Numbered from the stretch's first letter, positions 44,701 to 55,255 are shown. The stretch is DNA of 64,000 nt from Kofleriaceae bacterium (GCA_965215005.1 CBDCCZ010000004.1:160001-224000), one strand, 5' to 3'. Notes: generated by a model from the sequence alone, not told the origin. Numbers and translations: made by a program.

Positions 44701-44722
44701 GGTGGTGCGTGGTCGTCTTCAT
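41717..44722 (-). CDS. Ser/Thr kinase fused to an AAA/STAND-like ATPase and TPR-like repeats
   Basis: LGSGGMGYVY, VAVK, HCDLTSDN, DFG, GTPEYMAPEQ; LIGRDVEL, GPRGIGKAR; helical repeat C-terminus. Confidence 0.88.
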   Translation of the reverse strand: MKTTTHHLEALAGTTLADKYRLLRLLGSGGMGYVYQAEQLDLGRSVAVKLLRPELSSNAVQRFRNEAKSASRINHPHAVAVYDFGVTDEEVPFLVMEHLRGQTLASLIEAQPLSPQRIVALTAQVLSALAEAHACGVVHCDLTSDNVIVERLRDGDDFAKVIDFGLARAFDAVQPGSRIVGTPEYMAPEQIRGEPVTPATDLYAVGVLLYEMIVGRTPFAGAAVPAVLEGHLELTPSAPHEVIPTCPPTLGEVVLWALEKSPQARPPSAREMREHLLAATGVQRPAAQPAPVKRRAPVPLAAGSRSLTREVALTTRRSTRLTCELSAAAHVLIGRDVELARVTAFCRGALPGSSMAIIGPRGIGKARLVLEASRAAARSAAVFIAAADPSGLCTPWYPILTLLEAVLDLPSPPTIETLTAAVARCGLPDRDVPGLAEVFGIAERPRDLELAVRRREAHAATLRTLLSIQRRFPRAVLAFADVDEFDQPSRKLLRSLAEAADGSAIALIVTSSSDAQAPPTSSVLQLEPLSPQDARDLAAALVGPEKQLPTALAVHSITGGSPSAVEQLAGWISMGNSPSTAPSLLVDLVSLRINRLPSRTRRLLQAVAIHGTVAPRWVVEACVEGASDELESRDWTGLLVVDASELTIPSELVADVAGACTPADVRRQLHRRAGEILAGHAPVGVLGHHAEHGGELRHAYSLYIEAGDDAVRRFDDAGATSWYRRALELARQLAHEPQGTPRLIDALLRLADLLRIGGQTAAVVELLDEAARLQQSDAQRATAARIRGGVHLTGGDGRRAIEELEHAVGIAMRLGDREFLCTAYLDLAAAMDRVGRTAAATEELAEAIDVITMGEGLRSRSAPRLSWYLGLRLAERYVRGGRLEDARRLAHDALEAAKRADSSRGLGRLSALLGQIYEELGDPTRALRHRSSAIDQMNALGDRRSTAELLIHSAQSTRRRPDTEPAVRVQESEDGMRLASKLAAEIGWREGISLSLEPDSD

Positions 44723-44828
44723 GGGCGGACGTCGGCCCAGCCGCCGACTCGTGAATGTACTACGCGTCGTCGTCGGCGGCACGAATAGCTGGGGCTGTCG
44801 GTGCAGGTGCGTTCGGCGGCGCGTCGAG

Positions 44829-47012
44829 CTAGCGCGCCGGCTCGCGTTGCATCACCGCCGACACCGCGCCGACGCTCAGCGGTTTTTGCAGCTCCAAGCG
44901 AGCTCGACCCGCGGCGGTGCGGCTGCCGGCGCTGGTGATGATGACGAGCCGGTTTTCCAGCTCCGGTGCTATCGCCGCGAGACGTGCTTCGAATGCACCG
45001 CTATCGACCTCGGATACCGAGGCATCGCAAAACAGCAGGTCGAAGGGCGGCTCGCTGGCGAGGATCGTAAGTGCCGCGTGAGAGGTGCTGGCGATGGTGA
45101 GGTCGTGACCGCGAAGCGCCTCTTGCAGCGGCTGAAGCGTCCAGGTTTCATCCTCGACGAGGAGGATGCGCCGCGGGGGCTGGCGCTCGCTGGCGGTTGC
45201 GGTGCTCAGCGGTAGCCTCACGGTGAAAGTGCAGCCGCCGCTGTCGCCGTTTTGAGCGCTGATGGTGCCGCCCAGGTCGGTGACGATGCTGTGGCACACC
45301 GATAACCCGAGGCCACTGCCTTTGCCGGTGGCCTTGGTGGAGAAGAACGGATCGAAGATCTTGTCGATCGTGTCCTCGGCGATGCCGGGGCCGGTGTCGC
45401 GGAAGCGGATGGCGGTCTCATTGCCCTCGCGCGCGGTGCTGATGTCGAGGCGCCCACCGCCGCCGTCTTCGGTCATTGCTTGCGCGGCGTTGACGATGAG
45501 ATTTAGGAAGACTTGCCCGAGGCGGCCGCGTACCGCTTCGACGTCGAAGTTAGCGCGATAGAAAAGCCGCACCACGACTTTGCGCCGCAGCTGGTTCCAC
45601 GCCATACGCAGCGTGGAGTCGAGAACCTCGCACACGTCCACTGCTGTAGTCTCGAGCTGCTCATCGCCGCGGGCAAAGGTGCTGAGCTGGCGGACGATCT
45701 GGCGCACGCGCTCGGCGCCGTCGCGCGTATCGCTGAGGGCGGCGACGATTTCTTCGGTGACGTCGTTGGCGGGCAAGAGCTCGCGCAGCTCTTCGGAGAC
45801 GAAGGCGAGGTTGGCAGTCATGTACGCCAGCGGATTGTTGATCTCGTGGCCAATACCGGCGGCGAGCGCACCGAGTGAGGCGAGGCGATCGGTCTGGAGC
45901 AGCTTGGCCTGCAGGCGTTTGCGTTCGGTGAGGTCGCGGCCGATGGCGACCACCGCGAGCTCGCCATCGAACACCACCGGCAACATCCGCACCTCGAGCA
46001 TGATTGGGCTGCCGTCTTTGCGGGTCATGCGGTGCTCAGCGGTGACCACCGCGCCATCGCCCAGCACCGCGCGGATGTGGCCGCCAATCGCGGGGCGATC
46101 TTCGGCGGGCACCAAGTCCAGCAATGGACGGCCCATGAGCGCTTTGGGCGCCTCGTAACCAAGTAGTCGCGCGACGGCTGCGTTGACGTAGACCAAGCGG
46201 CCAAAACGATGAACCAACACCGCGTCAGGAGAGCTCTCGATGAGCGAGCGGAAGCTCTGCTGCGAGCGGTGCTGCGCCTCCAGCGCTCGATGCGACGCGG
46301 TGATATCGGCAAGCACCAACACCAGCCCGGCGACCTCGCCCGCACGGCGCAGCACCGGATCGATGTTGCACTCGAAGATGCGCTCGCCAATGCGGGTTTC
46401 GCCGCGAAACGCGGTTCCTTGCAGGCCGGCGCGCACCGGCTCGAGAAGGCCCGGCTCGTCTTCGAAGAGGTCGAAGAAAGACAGATCCAGCACCTGCCGT
46501 GACGACAGCCCCAGCGCCTCGAGGCCCTTGCCCTCGGCGAGTCGAATCGCGCCGCTGGCGTCGAGATAGGCCACCACGAGCGAGGTATTCGATACCACCA
46601 GGTGCAGGCGCGAGAGCTGCGCCTCGAGCTGTCTCTCGCGCCGTTTTTGCGGCTCGAGGTCGAGCGCGATCCAGTCGATGTAGAGGGCCTCCTGCTCGCG
46701 ACGCGCGGACAGCGACACCAGCAGCCATCGCAGTCCGTGCTCGCTGGCCACGCGAAGCTCGAGGGAAACTGGCTCGAGCGTTCGCACGAGCTCCGGCAGG
46801 GCACGCGCCAGCTCAACGCGGCAGGGCGCGGTGATGCGAGCGAGCATTGCCATTGGACTGACGCAGGCAGCGGCGGTGGCGATTCCGAGCAGCGCTTCGC
46901 AGGGCCCGGCGAGGGCCACGATGCGGGGCAGACCGGCCGCCGGCACCAGAACGCTGCCGACGATGCCAGCGCCTGGCCCGGCGATCGGCATCCTCGCTGC
47001 ACCCTCGTCCAC
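44829..47012 (-). CDS. Cytoplasmic multi-PAS hybrid histidine kinase with receiver domain
   Basis: PAS motifs ([16 protein letters not shown]); [43 protein letters not shown]. Confidence 0.92.
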   Translation of the reverse strand: MDEGAARMPIAGPGAGIVGSVLVPAAGLPRIVALAGPCEALLGIATAAACVSPMAMLARITAPCRVELARALPELVRTLEPVSLELRVASEHGLRWLLVSLSARREQEALYIDWIALDLEPQKRRERQLEAQLSRLHLVVSNTSLVVAYLDASGAIRLAEGKGLEALGLSSRQVLDLSFFDLFEDEPGLLEPVRAGLQGTAFRGETRIGERIFECNIDPVLRRAGEVAGLVLVLADITASHRALEAQHRSQQSFRSLIESSPDAVLVHRFGRLVYVNAAVARLLGYEAPKALMGRPLLDLVPAEDRPAIGGHIRAVLGDGAVVTAEHRMTRKDGSPIMLEVRMLPVVFDGELAVVAIGRDLTERKRLQAKLLQTDRLASLGALAAGIGHEINNPLAYMTANLAFVSEELRELLPANDVTEEIVAALSDTRDGAERVRQIVRQLSTFARGDEQLETTAVDVCEVLDSTLRMAWNQLRRKVVVRLFYRANFDVEAVRGRLGQVFLNLIVNAAQAMTEDGGGGRLDISTAREGNETAIRFRDTGPGIAEDTIDKIFDPFFSTKATGKGSGLGLSVCHSIVTDLGGTISAQNGDSGGCTFTVRLPLSTATASERQPPRRILLVEDETWTLQPLQEALRGHDLTIASTSHAALTILASEPPFDLLFCDASVSEVDSGAFEARLAAIAPELENRLVIITSAGSRTAAGRARLELQKPLSVGAVSAVMQREPAR

Positions 47013-47052
47013 GGTTGGCTATGGTAACAGCTTCACGGGAGAAATCGCGCCG

Positions 47053-47370
47053 ATGACGGATGACACCGATGACGAGGCTTGGCAGCCTGATGAGGTGCTC
47101 GAGGTCGAGTTGACCGATGTGCTCGACCTGCACACGTTCGCTCCGCGACAGGTGAAGGACTTGGTGATGGACTATCTCGAGGCATGTTGGGCGCAGGGCT
47201 TTGCGCAGGTACGCATCATTCACGGCAAGGGCCGCGGCACCTTGCGGCGGACAGTACACGCGGTGTGCGACCGTCATCCAGCGGTTCGCGAGTATCAGCT
47301 CGCCGGGGTGCAAGCCGGTGGTTGGGGCGCAACACTGGTGCGACTGCACGAGCCAAAGGAGCGCGCGTGA
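47053..47370 (+). CDS. Smr domain protein
   Basis: [23 protein letters not shown]. Confidence 0.9.
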   Translation: MTDDTDDEAWQPDEVLEVELTDVLDLHTFAPRQVKDLVMDYLEACWAQGFAQVRIIHGKGRGTLRRTVHAVCDRHPAVREYQLAGVQAGGWGATLVRLHEPKERA

Positions 47371-48023
47371 GACGCCATGCGCCGGCCGCGGAGCGCAACC
47401 GCGAGCCCATCGCGGCGGTGCTCGCAGAGGTGCTGCCGGCTTCCGGCACGGTGCTCGAGATCGCCTCGGGAAGCGGCCAGCACGTGGCGCATTTCGCCGA
47501 GCGATTTCCTCACCTCACATGGCAACCGAGCGACGTTACGCAGGAGGCGCTCGAGAGCGTGCGCGGCTGGCAAACGGCGCGCAACGTGCTCGAGCCGGTG
47601 CAGCTGGATGCGGCAGCGGATGAGTGGCCGGTGGCGGCGGCAGACGCAATCGTCTGCATCAACATGATCCACATCGCGCCGTGGGCAGCCTGCCAAGGGC
47701 TGTTTCGCGGCGCTGAGCGCCTTCTGTCCAAGCAGGCGCCACTGGAGGTTGACGACGTGAGTCGTGAGCCACGGGCGGCGCAACCATCGCATCCGCGCCA
47801 CCAACGCGACGGCGTGTTGGTGCTCTACGGGCCGTTCTTCGAGGATAGCGAGCCGGCACCGAGCAACGCCGCGTTCGATCAATCGCTGCGGCAGCGCAAC
47901 CACGCGTGGGGCGTGCGGCGTTTACAAGACGTACGCGCGTTGGGGCTCGAGCATGGCTTCGAGCTTTCGCGCCGGGTCGAGATGCCAGCCAACAATTTGA
48001 CCGTGGTGTTTACGCGGGTGTGA
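47367..48023 (+). CDS. DUF938-family SAM-dependent methyltransferase
   Basis: [49 protein letters not shown]. Confidence 0.9.
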   Translation: MRRHAPAAERNREPIAAVLAEVLPASGTVLEIASGSGQHVAHFAERFPHLTWQPSDVTQEALESVRGWQTARNVLEPVQLDAAADEWPVAAADAIVCINMIHIAPWAACQGLFRGAERLLSKQAPLEVDDVSREPRAAQPSHPRHQRDGVLVLYGPFFEDSEPAPSNAAFDQSLRQRNHAWGVRRLQDVRALGLEHGFELSRRVEMPANNLTVVFTRV

Positions 48024-48027
48024 GCGC

Positions 48028-48879
48028 TCAGCCGGGCCAATCGCCGGCATCGGGAACCAGCGGCACGATGCGCGCGTAGAGCTCGGGCGGGCAACGGTTT
48101 CGCAGGATGTCGACGACCTGGCGCGGCTTGTAAATCTGGCTGAAGTGCATCAGCACGAGGTGCTGATTGCGAAAGGCGTCGGCTTTGGCGATGAGCTCAT
48201 CGAGGTGGATGTGACAGCCGGCGTGGCTGGTCTCGAGAGACTTTCGCTCGTCCAAAAAGGTGCATTCGAGGATCAAGACGCGGCTGGTCAAGATGCTCGG
48301 CTCGGTCTCGAGCACGCGCGCCAACGTGTCGGTGGCGTAGGCGAGCTCGAGGTGTTCTACGCACTCGAAGAGAGGTTCGCCGGCGCGGCGACGGCGGCCG
48401 ATTTCTTCGCCGGGTAGATCGCGAAACTCGGGCTTGAGCTTGTCGACGCGGCGGAATAGCTGGTAGCCGAGCGAGGGAACCGGGTGAAACGTGCGAAATG
48501 CGCGGACCCACAAGTCGGCGCGGAGCTGGAGCTCGCTGCCGGGTTCCATGGGAACGGCGTCGATGTCGAGATCGTAGCGCTGGAGCTGGGCGAGGTGCTC
48601 GAGCGCGGCCTTGAGCTGGCGACTGGTCTGCGCTGGCAACAGCACGCGCAGCGGCGCGGTCTTGCCGGCGAGGGCGCGAATACCAAGGAAGCTCGGCAGC
48701 GCGCCGACGTGGTCGACGTGGCAGTGACTGAGCAGCAGGGTGTTGGCGCCGACGAACGAGCGAGGGGCGATGCCCATGTCGAAGACGACGTCGAGCTCGG
48801 GCACAGCAAGGCAGGTATAGACGCCGCCGACCGAGACGCCGCGAATGGTGTAGGGACCAGCGGTTACCGAGGTGAGCAC
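48028..48879 (-). CDS. Short RNase Z-like metallo-beta-lactamase hydrolase
   Basis: [42 protein letters not shown]. Confidence 0.85.
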   Translation of the reverse strand: MLTSVTAGPYTIRGVSVGGVYTCLAVPELDVVFDMGIAPRSFVGANTLLLSHCHVDHVGALPSFLGIRALAGKTAPLRVLLPAQTSRQLKAALEHLAQLQRYDLDIDAVPMEPGSELQLRADLWVRAFRTFHPVPSLGYQLFRRVDKLKPEFRDLPGEEIGRRRRAGEPLFECVEHLELAYATDTLARVLETEPSILTSRVLILECTFLDERKSLETSHAGCHIHLDELIAKADAFRNQHLVLMHFSQIYKPRQVVDILRNRCPPELYARIVPLVPDAGDWPG

Positions 48880-48897
48880 GCAACCATGATAGCGAGC

Positions 48898-50397
48898 TCA
48901 GCCGCGGGTGCTGCGTGGCGAGCGCCGCCGCAGCACCGCCAGGAGTCCCAAGAGCAGCAGGCCCGCGCCGGCATTGGGGGTGGCGCTGACGCCGCAGCCC
49001 CCGGTGAGGGTGGAGGCGGAGTCGGCGTCCGCGGCGCCGGCGGCGGGCCAGCACACCGCGGAGTCGCCGGTAGCGATGCAGTCGAAACCCAGGGGACACG
49101 AGGCGGGATCGCCGCTGATGCAGCGGTCGACGCAGCGGTCGTCGAGTCCATCGGAGGCGCAGAGACCGCTTTGGCAGTCGGCGGAGTCGGTGCAGCGTTG
49201 GCCGAGGCCGCGATCGCCGCCGCCGGTGTCGCCGCCGCCGGTGTCGTTGCCGCCGCCGGTGTCGCCACCGCCGGTGTCGTTGTCGCCACCGCCTCCGGTG
49301 TCGCCGCCGCCGGTGTCGGTCGCGTCGCGCACCGTCACGGTAATCGCGGCTTGGCCATACTGCGCGCTGTCCCACGCGCGAACCTCGACGTTGTGACTTC
49401 CCGGAGCGAGCCGACCGCCGGCGGTGAGTGAGAAGGGCGCAGCCTCGTCGACGCCTTGCAACATGCCATCGATGTACAGCTCCACCTTGAGCACAGCGGT
49501 GTCATCGTTGGCCTCGACATTGACGGTGAACCCCGCTTCGACCGTTGCCCCCGCGACCGGTGCGGTGATGCGCACCATCGGTGGCGTGGTGTCAGCAGCA
49601 GGCGCGGGCCCCACGCGCTCGAGCAGCATCTGCACCGAGTTTTGCGTGCTGCCAAAGCACTGGCATTCCCGCGGTCCATCGCGTTCGCCGCACGGCGCGT
49701 CTACGTCTTGAAAGCGTTTCGCGCCGCAGCCGAAGAGATAGGTCATGGGGTCTGCGCAGAGGTACTCGTGGTCGAGCCCAAAGCTGTGCGCCACCTCTTG
49801 CGCGGTGGTCTCGCAGATGGCTTGGACATTGTTTCGATAGACCTCCGCGAAGGTGAAGACGATGGAGCGCGGAATGGTGCTGCAGTTGGACGTGAACGGC
49901 GACACGCCACCGACGCCCGATGGCAACCCGAGGACCTCGGGCCGCGAAGCGACCACGGCCTCGATATGATCGACGTCGCCCGGGTCGACGTCGGTGACCA
50001 CCGTATGAAAGGGCGCAAATTGCTCGCGTACGCAAGCGACCACCTGATTCCAGGTCGCATCGCTGGTGTTCCATCGCGGGATCTGGACCGGCGACTGGAT
50101 GATGCTCGAGCGATTACGCGCCGAGTCATTGAAGCCGGGGGTGAGGGTGATGCCGCCGCGACTCAAGTAGATGACGGTTGGCTCGCCCGATAGCGTGGAC
50201 TGCGAGACATCCTCGGTTGGGTGCAGGTCATCGAGCGCCGGCGGAATGACGAAGTACATGGTTTGCGGGCGCTCGCCCGGCGCCGCGGGCTGCCCAACGC
50301 TCTCGAGCGTGTATGGCTGCTCGCCAAACGTTGGCTCGGCGTCGGTGCACGCGGTCAAGGCCAGCGTGAATATCGCGATCATTTGCAGCGCGTGCAT
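48898..50397 (-). CDS. Secreted metzincin-like domain, Ig-like domain, DTGGG linker and MYXO-CTERM anchor
   Basis: GGGGAGG SD; LALTAC; QEVAHSFGLDH...PMTY; DTTPP...VELYIDG; C-terminal GGCGVS...LLLLGLLAVLRRR. Confidence 0.82.
   Translation of the reverse strand: MHALQMIAIFTLALTACTDAEPTFGEQPYTLESVGQPAAPGERPQTMYFVIPPALDDLHPTEDVSQSTLSGEPTVIYLSRGGITLTPGFNDSARNRSSIIQSPVQIPRWNTSDATWNQVVACVREQFAPFHTVVTDVDPGDVDHIEAVVASRPEVLGLPSGVGGVSPFTSNCSTIPRSIVFTFAEVYRNNVQAICETTAQEVAHSFGLDHEYLCADPMTYLFGCGAKRFQDVDAPCGERDGPRECQCFGSTQNSVQMLLERVGPAPAADTTPPMVRITAPVAGATVEAGFTVNVEANDDTAVLKVELYIDGMLQGVDEAAPFSLTAGGRLAPGSHNVEVRAWDSAQYGQAAITVTVRDATDTGGGDTGGGGDNDTGGGDTGGGNDTGGGDTGGGDRGLGQRCTDSADCQSGLCASDGLDDRCVDRCISGDPASCPLGFDCIATGDSAVCWPAAGAADADSASTLTGGCGVSATPNAGAGLLLLGLLAVLRRRSPRSTRG
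49205..49320 (-). repeat. Coding low-complexity repeat (DTGGGG/DTGGGN)n
   Basis: Repeated CCGCCGCCGGTGTCG units on the + strand. Confidence 0.85.
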
Positions 50398-50583
50398 CGT
50401 AGAGCCTCCCCAGGCGATGCCGCGACGTTCATCACGTATCGTGCCAGGCACCCAGGACGCGCCGCCGCCGCAAATCGAGGACATTGTTTCCTTATTCGCC
50501 GGGGCGTCACGCCCCAATCTGGCCAGACCGGCGATGCTGGCAGTTCGCACCCGCGCTCGCTTCGGCAGCGAAGGGGCGACAAG

Positions 50584-51276
50584 TCACCGCACCCGTAGGG
50601 GCACCTTGCGCCACCCGACGCCGCCGCGGCCATCGCGCACGACCACGAACAGCCACGCGTCCTTTGCGGGTGCATCGTCGGCAATGACGAGCGTGGCGGG
50701 GTTGAAGATGTAGCGCTCGATCTCGCCCGCGGTCACGTACCAGGCGTAGCTGAGGTCATCGGCGCTGGATTCGACGTCGACCATCAGCGCGGTGCTGCTG
50801 CCTGCCTCCACCTCGAGACCGGCATCGTCTGCGAGAACCTCACCGTCGGCAGTGATCGACGTGATCGTGGGGTTGGTCAGCGGGAGCTCGCCGATGGCGA
50901 CCACTTTGAGCGCCACCAGCTCCTGACTCTGCGCGGCGAAGGTGGCTTGTATCGTGGCAAACGCCGGCGTTTCGGCCACGGCAGCCGGCGCTCGATACAG
51001 CACGCGCCCATCCACGCGCTCGATTGAGCCAAGGCGCGGCTGTGTTGGATCGCTTGCCACAACCTCCCACTGCACCTGGGGATCGGCGAGCTCGCCGTCG
51101 GCATCGGCGATGAGAACCTCGAGCTCGGTGCTGGCACCGGGAGCTACCGCCGGTTGCGCGGCGCGAATCGCGAGGATCTGGGTACGACTGAGGTCGGCGG
51201 GGGTTGCGAAGTCATCACACGCGCCGAGCAGCGCCGCGGCGATGACGAGGGCAGGGGCGATGAGGCGAACGTCCAT
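50584..51276 (-). CDS. Hypothetical lipoprotein (beta-rich)
   Basis: Lipobox LLGAC; ILAIRA, NP, YAWYVTAG, VVVRDGRGGVGW. Confidence 0.75.
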   Translation of the reverse strand: MDVRLIAPALVIAAALLGACDDFATPADLSRTQILAIRAAQPAVAPGASTELEVLIADADGELADPQVQWEVVASDPTQPRLGSIERVDGRVLYRAPAAVAETPAFATIQATFAAQSQELVALKVVAIGELPLTNPTITSITADGEVLADDAGLEVEAGSSTALMVDVESSADDLSYAWYVTAGEIERYIFNPATLVIADDAPAKDAWLFVVVRDGRGGVGWRKVPLRVR

Positions 51277-51374
51277 AGCGCGCCCAGTATAGGGCCGCAC
51301 GCGCCATTGGCCGCAGCGGCAGGCGCGGTTCCCGTGTCAGTTGGGCGCGGCAAGGGTGTACCATCGCGCTCCCC

Positions 51375-52763
51375 ATGCTGCTCAACGTGCTGCTGGCGGT
51401 GCTGGCCGTCCTGATCGTGACGACGCTGATCTTGCCGACCACGCGGCGGATGTGGGCGTTTGGCCTCAATTTGACCAAGTACGCCGGATTGTGGCTTCTC
51501 GAGGTGACGCGGCTGCGGCGGGTGCTGCTGCAGTGGCAGGGGCGGCGCTACACCCCGCTCACGCTGCCGCGCCTGTTGCGCCTCTTCAGCGAAGACATGG
51601 GCCCAACGTTCATCAAGTTCGGGCAGATCGTCGCGTCGTCGGCGGGGATGTTCCCGCAGCGTTACGTCGACGAGTTCAAGAAGTGTCTCGACCGGGTGCG
51701 CCCGTTTTCATTCGGCGAGGTCGAGCGCATCATTGAGGACGAGCTGGGAGCCGCCAAGGCCGCTGAGCTGCGCGAGGTCTCGATAGCACCGCTGGCGAGC
51801 GCCTCCATCGCCCAGGTGCACACGGCGATCCTTGCCAGCGGCGCCGAGGTGGTGATCAAGGTGCAGCGGCCTGGGATCGACGTGCGCACCGCCGCAGATA
51901 TGAAGATCATGCGCTTCACTGCAGTGGTCGTCGACAAGCTGGTCAAAGACGCCAGCTTGATCAACCCGGTTGGCATCGTCGAAGACTTCACCGCTACGCT
52001 GCAAGAAGAGCTCGATTTCCGTCGCGAAGCCGAGAATCTCGACCGCTTCAACCAGATTATGGAGGAGCTAGGACACGAGAAGATCCGCGCGCCGGTGCCA
52101 TGTTGGGACTACACCACGCGCCGCGTGCTGGTGATGGAACGTTTTTATGGGCTGCGGGTGGACGATACCGAGGCGATCTTGGCGCGCGACGTCGACGCCG
52201 AAGCAGCGCTCGTGAGCGGCCTGCGGGCGTGGTTTCAGTGCGTGATCTTTTACGGATTCTTCCATGGCGATGTGCACGCCGGAAACCTGATGGTGCTCGA
52301 TGACGGGGACCTCGGCTTCCTCGACTTCGGCATTGTCGGCCGGTTCGATGATGCCCAGCGTTGGCTGGTCACCGACTACATCGTGGCGTTCTCTACGGGC
52401 AACTATCGGCGCCTGGCAGAGGTGATTTGCGAAATGGGCGGCACGCCGCCGGGGCTCGACATGGACGCGTTCGTCGCGGATCTCAAGGAGACCTACTCGC
52501 CCATGCTGTCGCTTTCGTTTGGGCAGATGAACTACGGCGACTTCTTGCCGGCGATCCAGCGGACCGCCTCGCGACACCGCATGCGGATGCCTAAAGAGTT
52601 CGTGCTCATCACCAAGCAAATGCTCTATTTCGACCGCTACGCCAAAGCCCTGGCTCCCAACCTCAACATCTTCAAAGACCCGCGGCTGATCATGAGCATG
52701 ATGATGGACATCCAAAAAGTTCGCAGCTCGATGGGGCCGCGCGACGGTGGCGAAGCCGCGTAG
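51375..52763 (+). CDS. ABC1/UbiB/AarF-family atypical kinase
   Basis: MGPTFIKFGQ, PLASASIAQVH, VIKVQRP, ELDF, FHGDVHAGN, LDFGIVG. Confidence 0.93.
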   Translation: MLLNVLLAVLAVLIVTTLILPTTRRMWAFGLNLTKYAGLWLLEVTRLRRVLLQWQGRRYTPLTLPRLLRLFSEDMGPTFIKFGQIVASSAGMFPQRYVDEFKKCLDRVRPFSFGEVERIIEDELGAAKAAELREVSIAPLASASIAQVHTAILASGAEVVIKVQRPGIDVRTAADMKIMRFTAVVVDKLVKDASLINPVGIVEDFTATLQEELDFRREAENLDRFNQIMEELGHEKIRAPVPCWDYTTRRVLVMERFYGLRVDDTEAILARDVDAEAALVSGLRAWFQCVIFYGFFHGDVHAGNLMVLDDGDLGFLDFGIVGRFDDAQRWLVTDYIVAFSTGNYRRLAEVICEMGGTPPGLDMDAFVADLKETYSPMLSLSFGQMNYGDFLPAIQRTASRHRMRMPKEFVLITKQMLYFDRYAKALAPNLNIFKDPRLIMSMMMDIQKVRSSMGPRDGGEAA

Positions 52764-52842
52764 CAGTTCGTTGTCGCGCATCTGCTTCCGCAGCAAAGGG
52801 ATTGATTGCGGCGAATCGGGATTGCGAGGTTGATCGGTCGTC

Positions 52843-54198
52843 ATGTCGTCCGTCGTTGACGCCGCAGGCGTTCGCTGGCGTCAGCGAGTGCCACAGATCA
52901 TGAGCCTCGGGCTGCCGATCATCGGCGGGATGGTCTCGCAGAACATCCTCAACATCGTAGACACGTTGATGGTGAGCCGGCTCGGTCCCGAGGCGGTTGC
53001 AGCGGTTGGCATCGGTTCATTCGTCAATTTTCTCGCCGCAGCGTTCATCACCGGGCTCTCGACCGGGGTGCAAGCGATTGCCGCGCGGCGCAAAGGCGAA
53101 GGCCGCGAAGGTGAGATGGCGGTGCCGCTCAACGGCGGTCTGCTGATGGCAACAGTGCTAGGCGTGCCCCTTGCGATCGCGTGCATCGCCGCGATGCCGG
53201 TGCTGTTTCCGCTGCTCAACGGGCAAACCGCGGTGATCGCTTTGGCGGTTCCGTACATCCAAGTGCGCCTGTTGTCGATGCCAGCGGTGGGGGCCAACTT
53301 CGCGTTTCGCGGCTACTGGAATGGCGTCAACAAATCACGACTGTACTTGCGGACGTTGGTGGTGATGCACGTCTGCAACGTGGTGTTCAACTACGCGTTC
53401 ATCTTCGGCGAGCTCGGTGCCCCGGCGCTGGGAGCAACCGGGGCGGGCTTGGGCACAACGCTTTCCACCTTTATCGGCACGGCGTATTACGTGCATCTTG
53501 GTCGCCGGCACGCGCGCGTGGCCGGCTTCCTCCACGGCATCCCCGCGTGGAGCACGCTGCAGCGCATGATCAAGCTATCACTGCCTTCGGGGGTACAGCA
53601 GCTGTTCTTCGCCGCAGGCATGACAGCGCTGTTTTCGATTGTTGGTCGCGTCGGCACCGCGGAGCTGGCTGCTGCCAACGTGCTCATTCAAATCACGTTG
53701 GTGGCGCTGCTTCCCGGATTGGCCCTGGGATTGGCGGCTGCGTCGCTGGTAGGGCAAGCGCTGGGCCGCGGCGACGTCGCAGACGCCGAGCGCTGGGGGT
53801 GGGATGTGGTGCGGATAGCGATGGTCATCATGGGGGCGTTGGGCCTGCCGATGTTGCTATTGCCGCAGTCGCTCTTGTCGGCCTTCTTCTCCAGCGAACC
53901 AGCGGTGATGGCCGTGGCGGTGACACCGCTGCGGCTAGTGGGCGCCTTCATGATCTTCGATGCCCTCGGCATGGTGCTGCTCAACGCGCTGATGGGCAGC
54001 GGTGCGACCCGGCTGGCGATGGTGGTTTCGATCGCGACCCAGTGGGGATTGTTCCTGCCAGTCGCGTATCTGGTGGGGCCGGTGCTCGAGCAAGGGCTGC
54101 TCGGCATCTGGATCGCCAACATCGGCTATCGCGCGTTGCTGGCGGTCACGGTGGCGTATCTATGGCGATCGCGGCGCTGGGCAGCCGTAGAAGTTTGA
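52843..54198 (+). CDS. MATE family efflux transporter
   Basis: IVDTLMVSRLG, LNGQ/FIFG...PALGATGAGLGT, LVGQALG; about 12 TMs. Confidence 0.93.
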   Translation: MSSVVDAAGVRWRQRVPQIMSLGLPIIGGMVSQNILNIVDTLMVSRLGPEAVAAVGIGSFVNFLAAAFITGLSTGVQAIAARRKGEGREGEMAVPLNGGLLMATVLGVPLAIACIAAMPVLFPLLNGQTAVIALAVPYIQVRLLSMPAVGANFAFRGYWNGVNKSRLYLRTLVVMHVCNVVFNYAFIFGELGAPALGATGAGLGTTLSTFIGTAYYVHLGRRHARVAGFLHGIPAWSTLQRMIKLSLPSGVQQLFFAAGMTALFSIVGRVGTAELAAANVLIQITLVALLPGLALGLAAASLVGQALGRGDVADAERWGWDVVRIAMVIMGALGLPMLLLPQSLLSAFFSSEPAVMAVAVTPLRLVGAFMIFDALGMVLLNALMGSGATRLAMVVSIATQWGLFLPVAYLVGPVLEQGLLGIWIANIGYRALLAVTVAYLWRSRRWAAVEV

Positions 54199-54271
54199 GA
54201 TCTCGATGTATTGCCGGCGCGAAGCCCGCTAATGCCGTTACTGCTTTCATAGATGAAATTCTGATCCCACA

Positions 54272-55255
54272 TCATGAATCCGACGTCTCCGGCGACCGGG
54301 TTGGAGGGCTGGAACGCTGATGGGGCGCTGTGAAATCGATGATCGGGCCCATTGGCACGATTCGGTGTGGGTTGATGGTTTCGTGGCTGGCGAAGTAGTG
54401 GTGCTTGATGTGGTCGAAGCGGCAGGTTTGGGCGATTTCATCGGTTTGGTAGACATCGCGCACGAACCCCCAGAGGTGAGGGTAGTCGACGATGCGCCTC
54501 ACGTTGCACTTGAAGTGGGTGTAGTAGACGTTATCGAAGCGGACCAAGGTCGTGAACAGGCAGATGTCGGCGGCGGTGAGCTCGTCCCCGCACAAGAACC
54601 GCTGCTTGCCAAGCAACTCTTCGAGGAGGTCCAGGCGCCGGAACAGCGCAGACACGGCTTCCTCGTAGGCGCCCTGTTTGGTCGCAAAGCCCGCCCGATA
54701 GACCCCGTTGTTGACCGGCTCGTAGTTAGCATCGATCATCTCGAGGATCTCCTCGGCGCGGTCTTCGGGCAGTAGCCGCCGGGTGCTGTCACCAAGGCTT
54801 GCGAGCGGGCCATCGAGCATCTGGATGAGCTCACGAGACTCATTGCAGACGATGGTTTCGCGTTGGCGGTCCCACAGCACAGGCACCGTGACGCGCCCGG
54901 TATAGTCGCTTCGCGCGGCGGCATAGACCTCGCGGAGAAAGCGGCGGTTGGCCACTCGGTCGCCGGTGGCGCCGTCGAAGTCGCTGGCGAAGGTCCAGCC
55001 ATCATCGCCCATGAACGGATGCACCACCGAGACTTCAATGGCGTCCTCCAGGCGGTGCAGCGCGCGCATGATGAGCGTGCGATGCGCCCATGGACACGCG
55101 TAGCTCACGTAGAGGTGATAGCGCCCCGCCGCTGGCGGATGCGCACCATCGGCGGCGATTTGCTCGCGAAATTGCGTCTCGGGTCGAACGAAGCGGCCCT
55201 CGTCATCGGGTTGGTACCACTGCGTCGTCCACTTGCCATTGACCATGCGTCCCAT
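54272..55255 (-). CDS. yqjG: Glutathionyl-hydroquinone reductase (GST Xi/omega-like)
   Basis: GRYHLYVSYACPWAHR, TVPVLWD, NES, NNGVYRAGFA, TLVRFD, HIKHHY. Confidence 0.93.
   Translation of the reverse strand: MGRMVNGKWTTQWYQPDDEGRFVRPETQFREQIAADGAHPPAAGRYHLYVSYACPWAHRTLIMRALHRLEDAIEVSVVHPFMGDDGWTFASDFDGATGDRVANRRFLREVYAAARSDYTGRVTVPVLWDRQRETIVCNESRELIQMLDGPLASLGDSTRRLLPEDRAEEILEMIDANYEPVNNGVYRAGFATKQGAYEEAVSALFRRLDLLEELLGKQRFLCGDELTAADICLFTTLVRFDNVYYTHFKCNVRRIVDYPHLWGFVRDVYQTDEIAQTCRFDHIKHHYFASHETINPHRIVPMGPIIDFTAPHQRSSPPTRSPETSDS

Noticed and set aside
48197..49375. Arg/His-rich 392-aa ORF with HRRRR repeats
   Set aside because: Alternative frame of the DTGGG linker; it shows that Arg runs arise by chance in this GC-rich DNA
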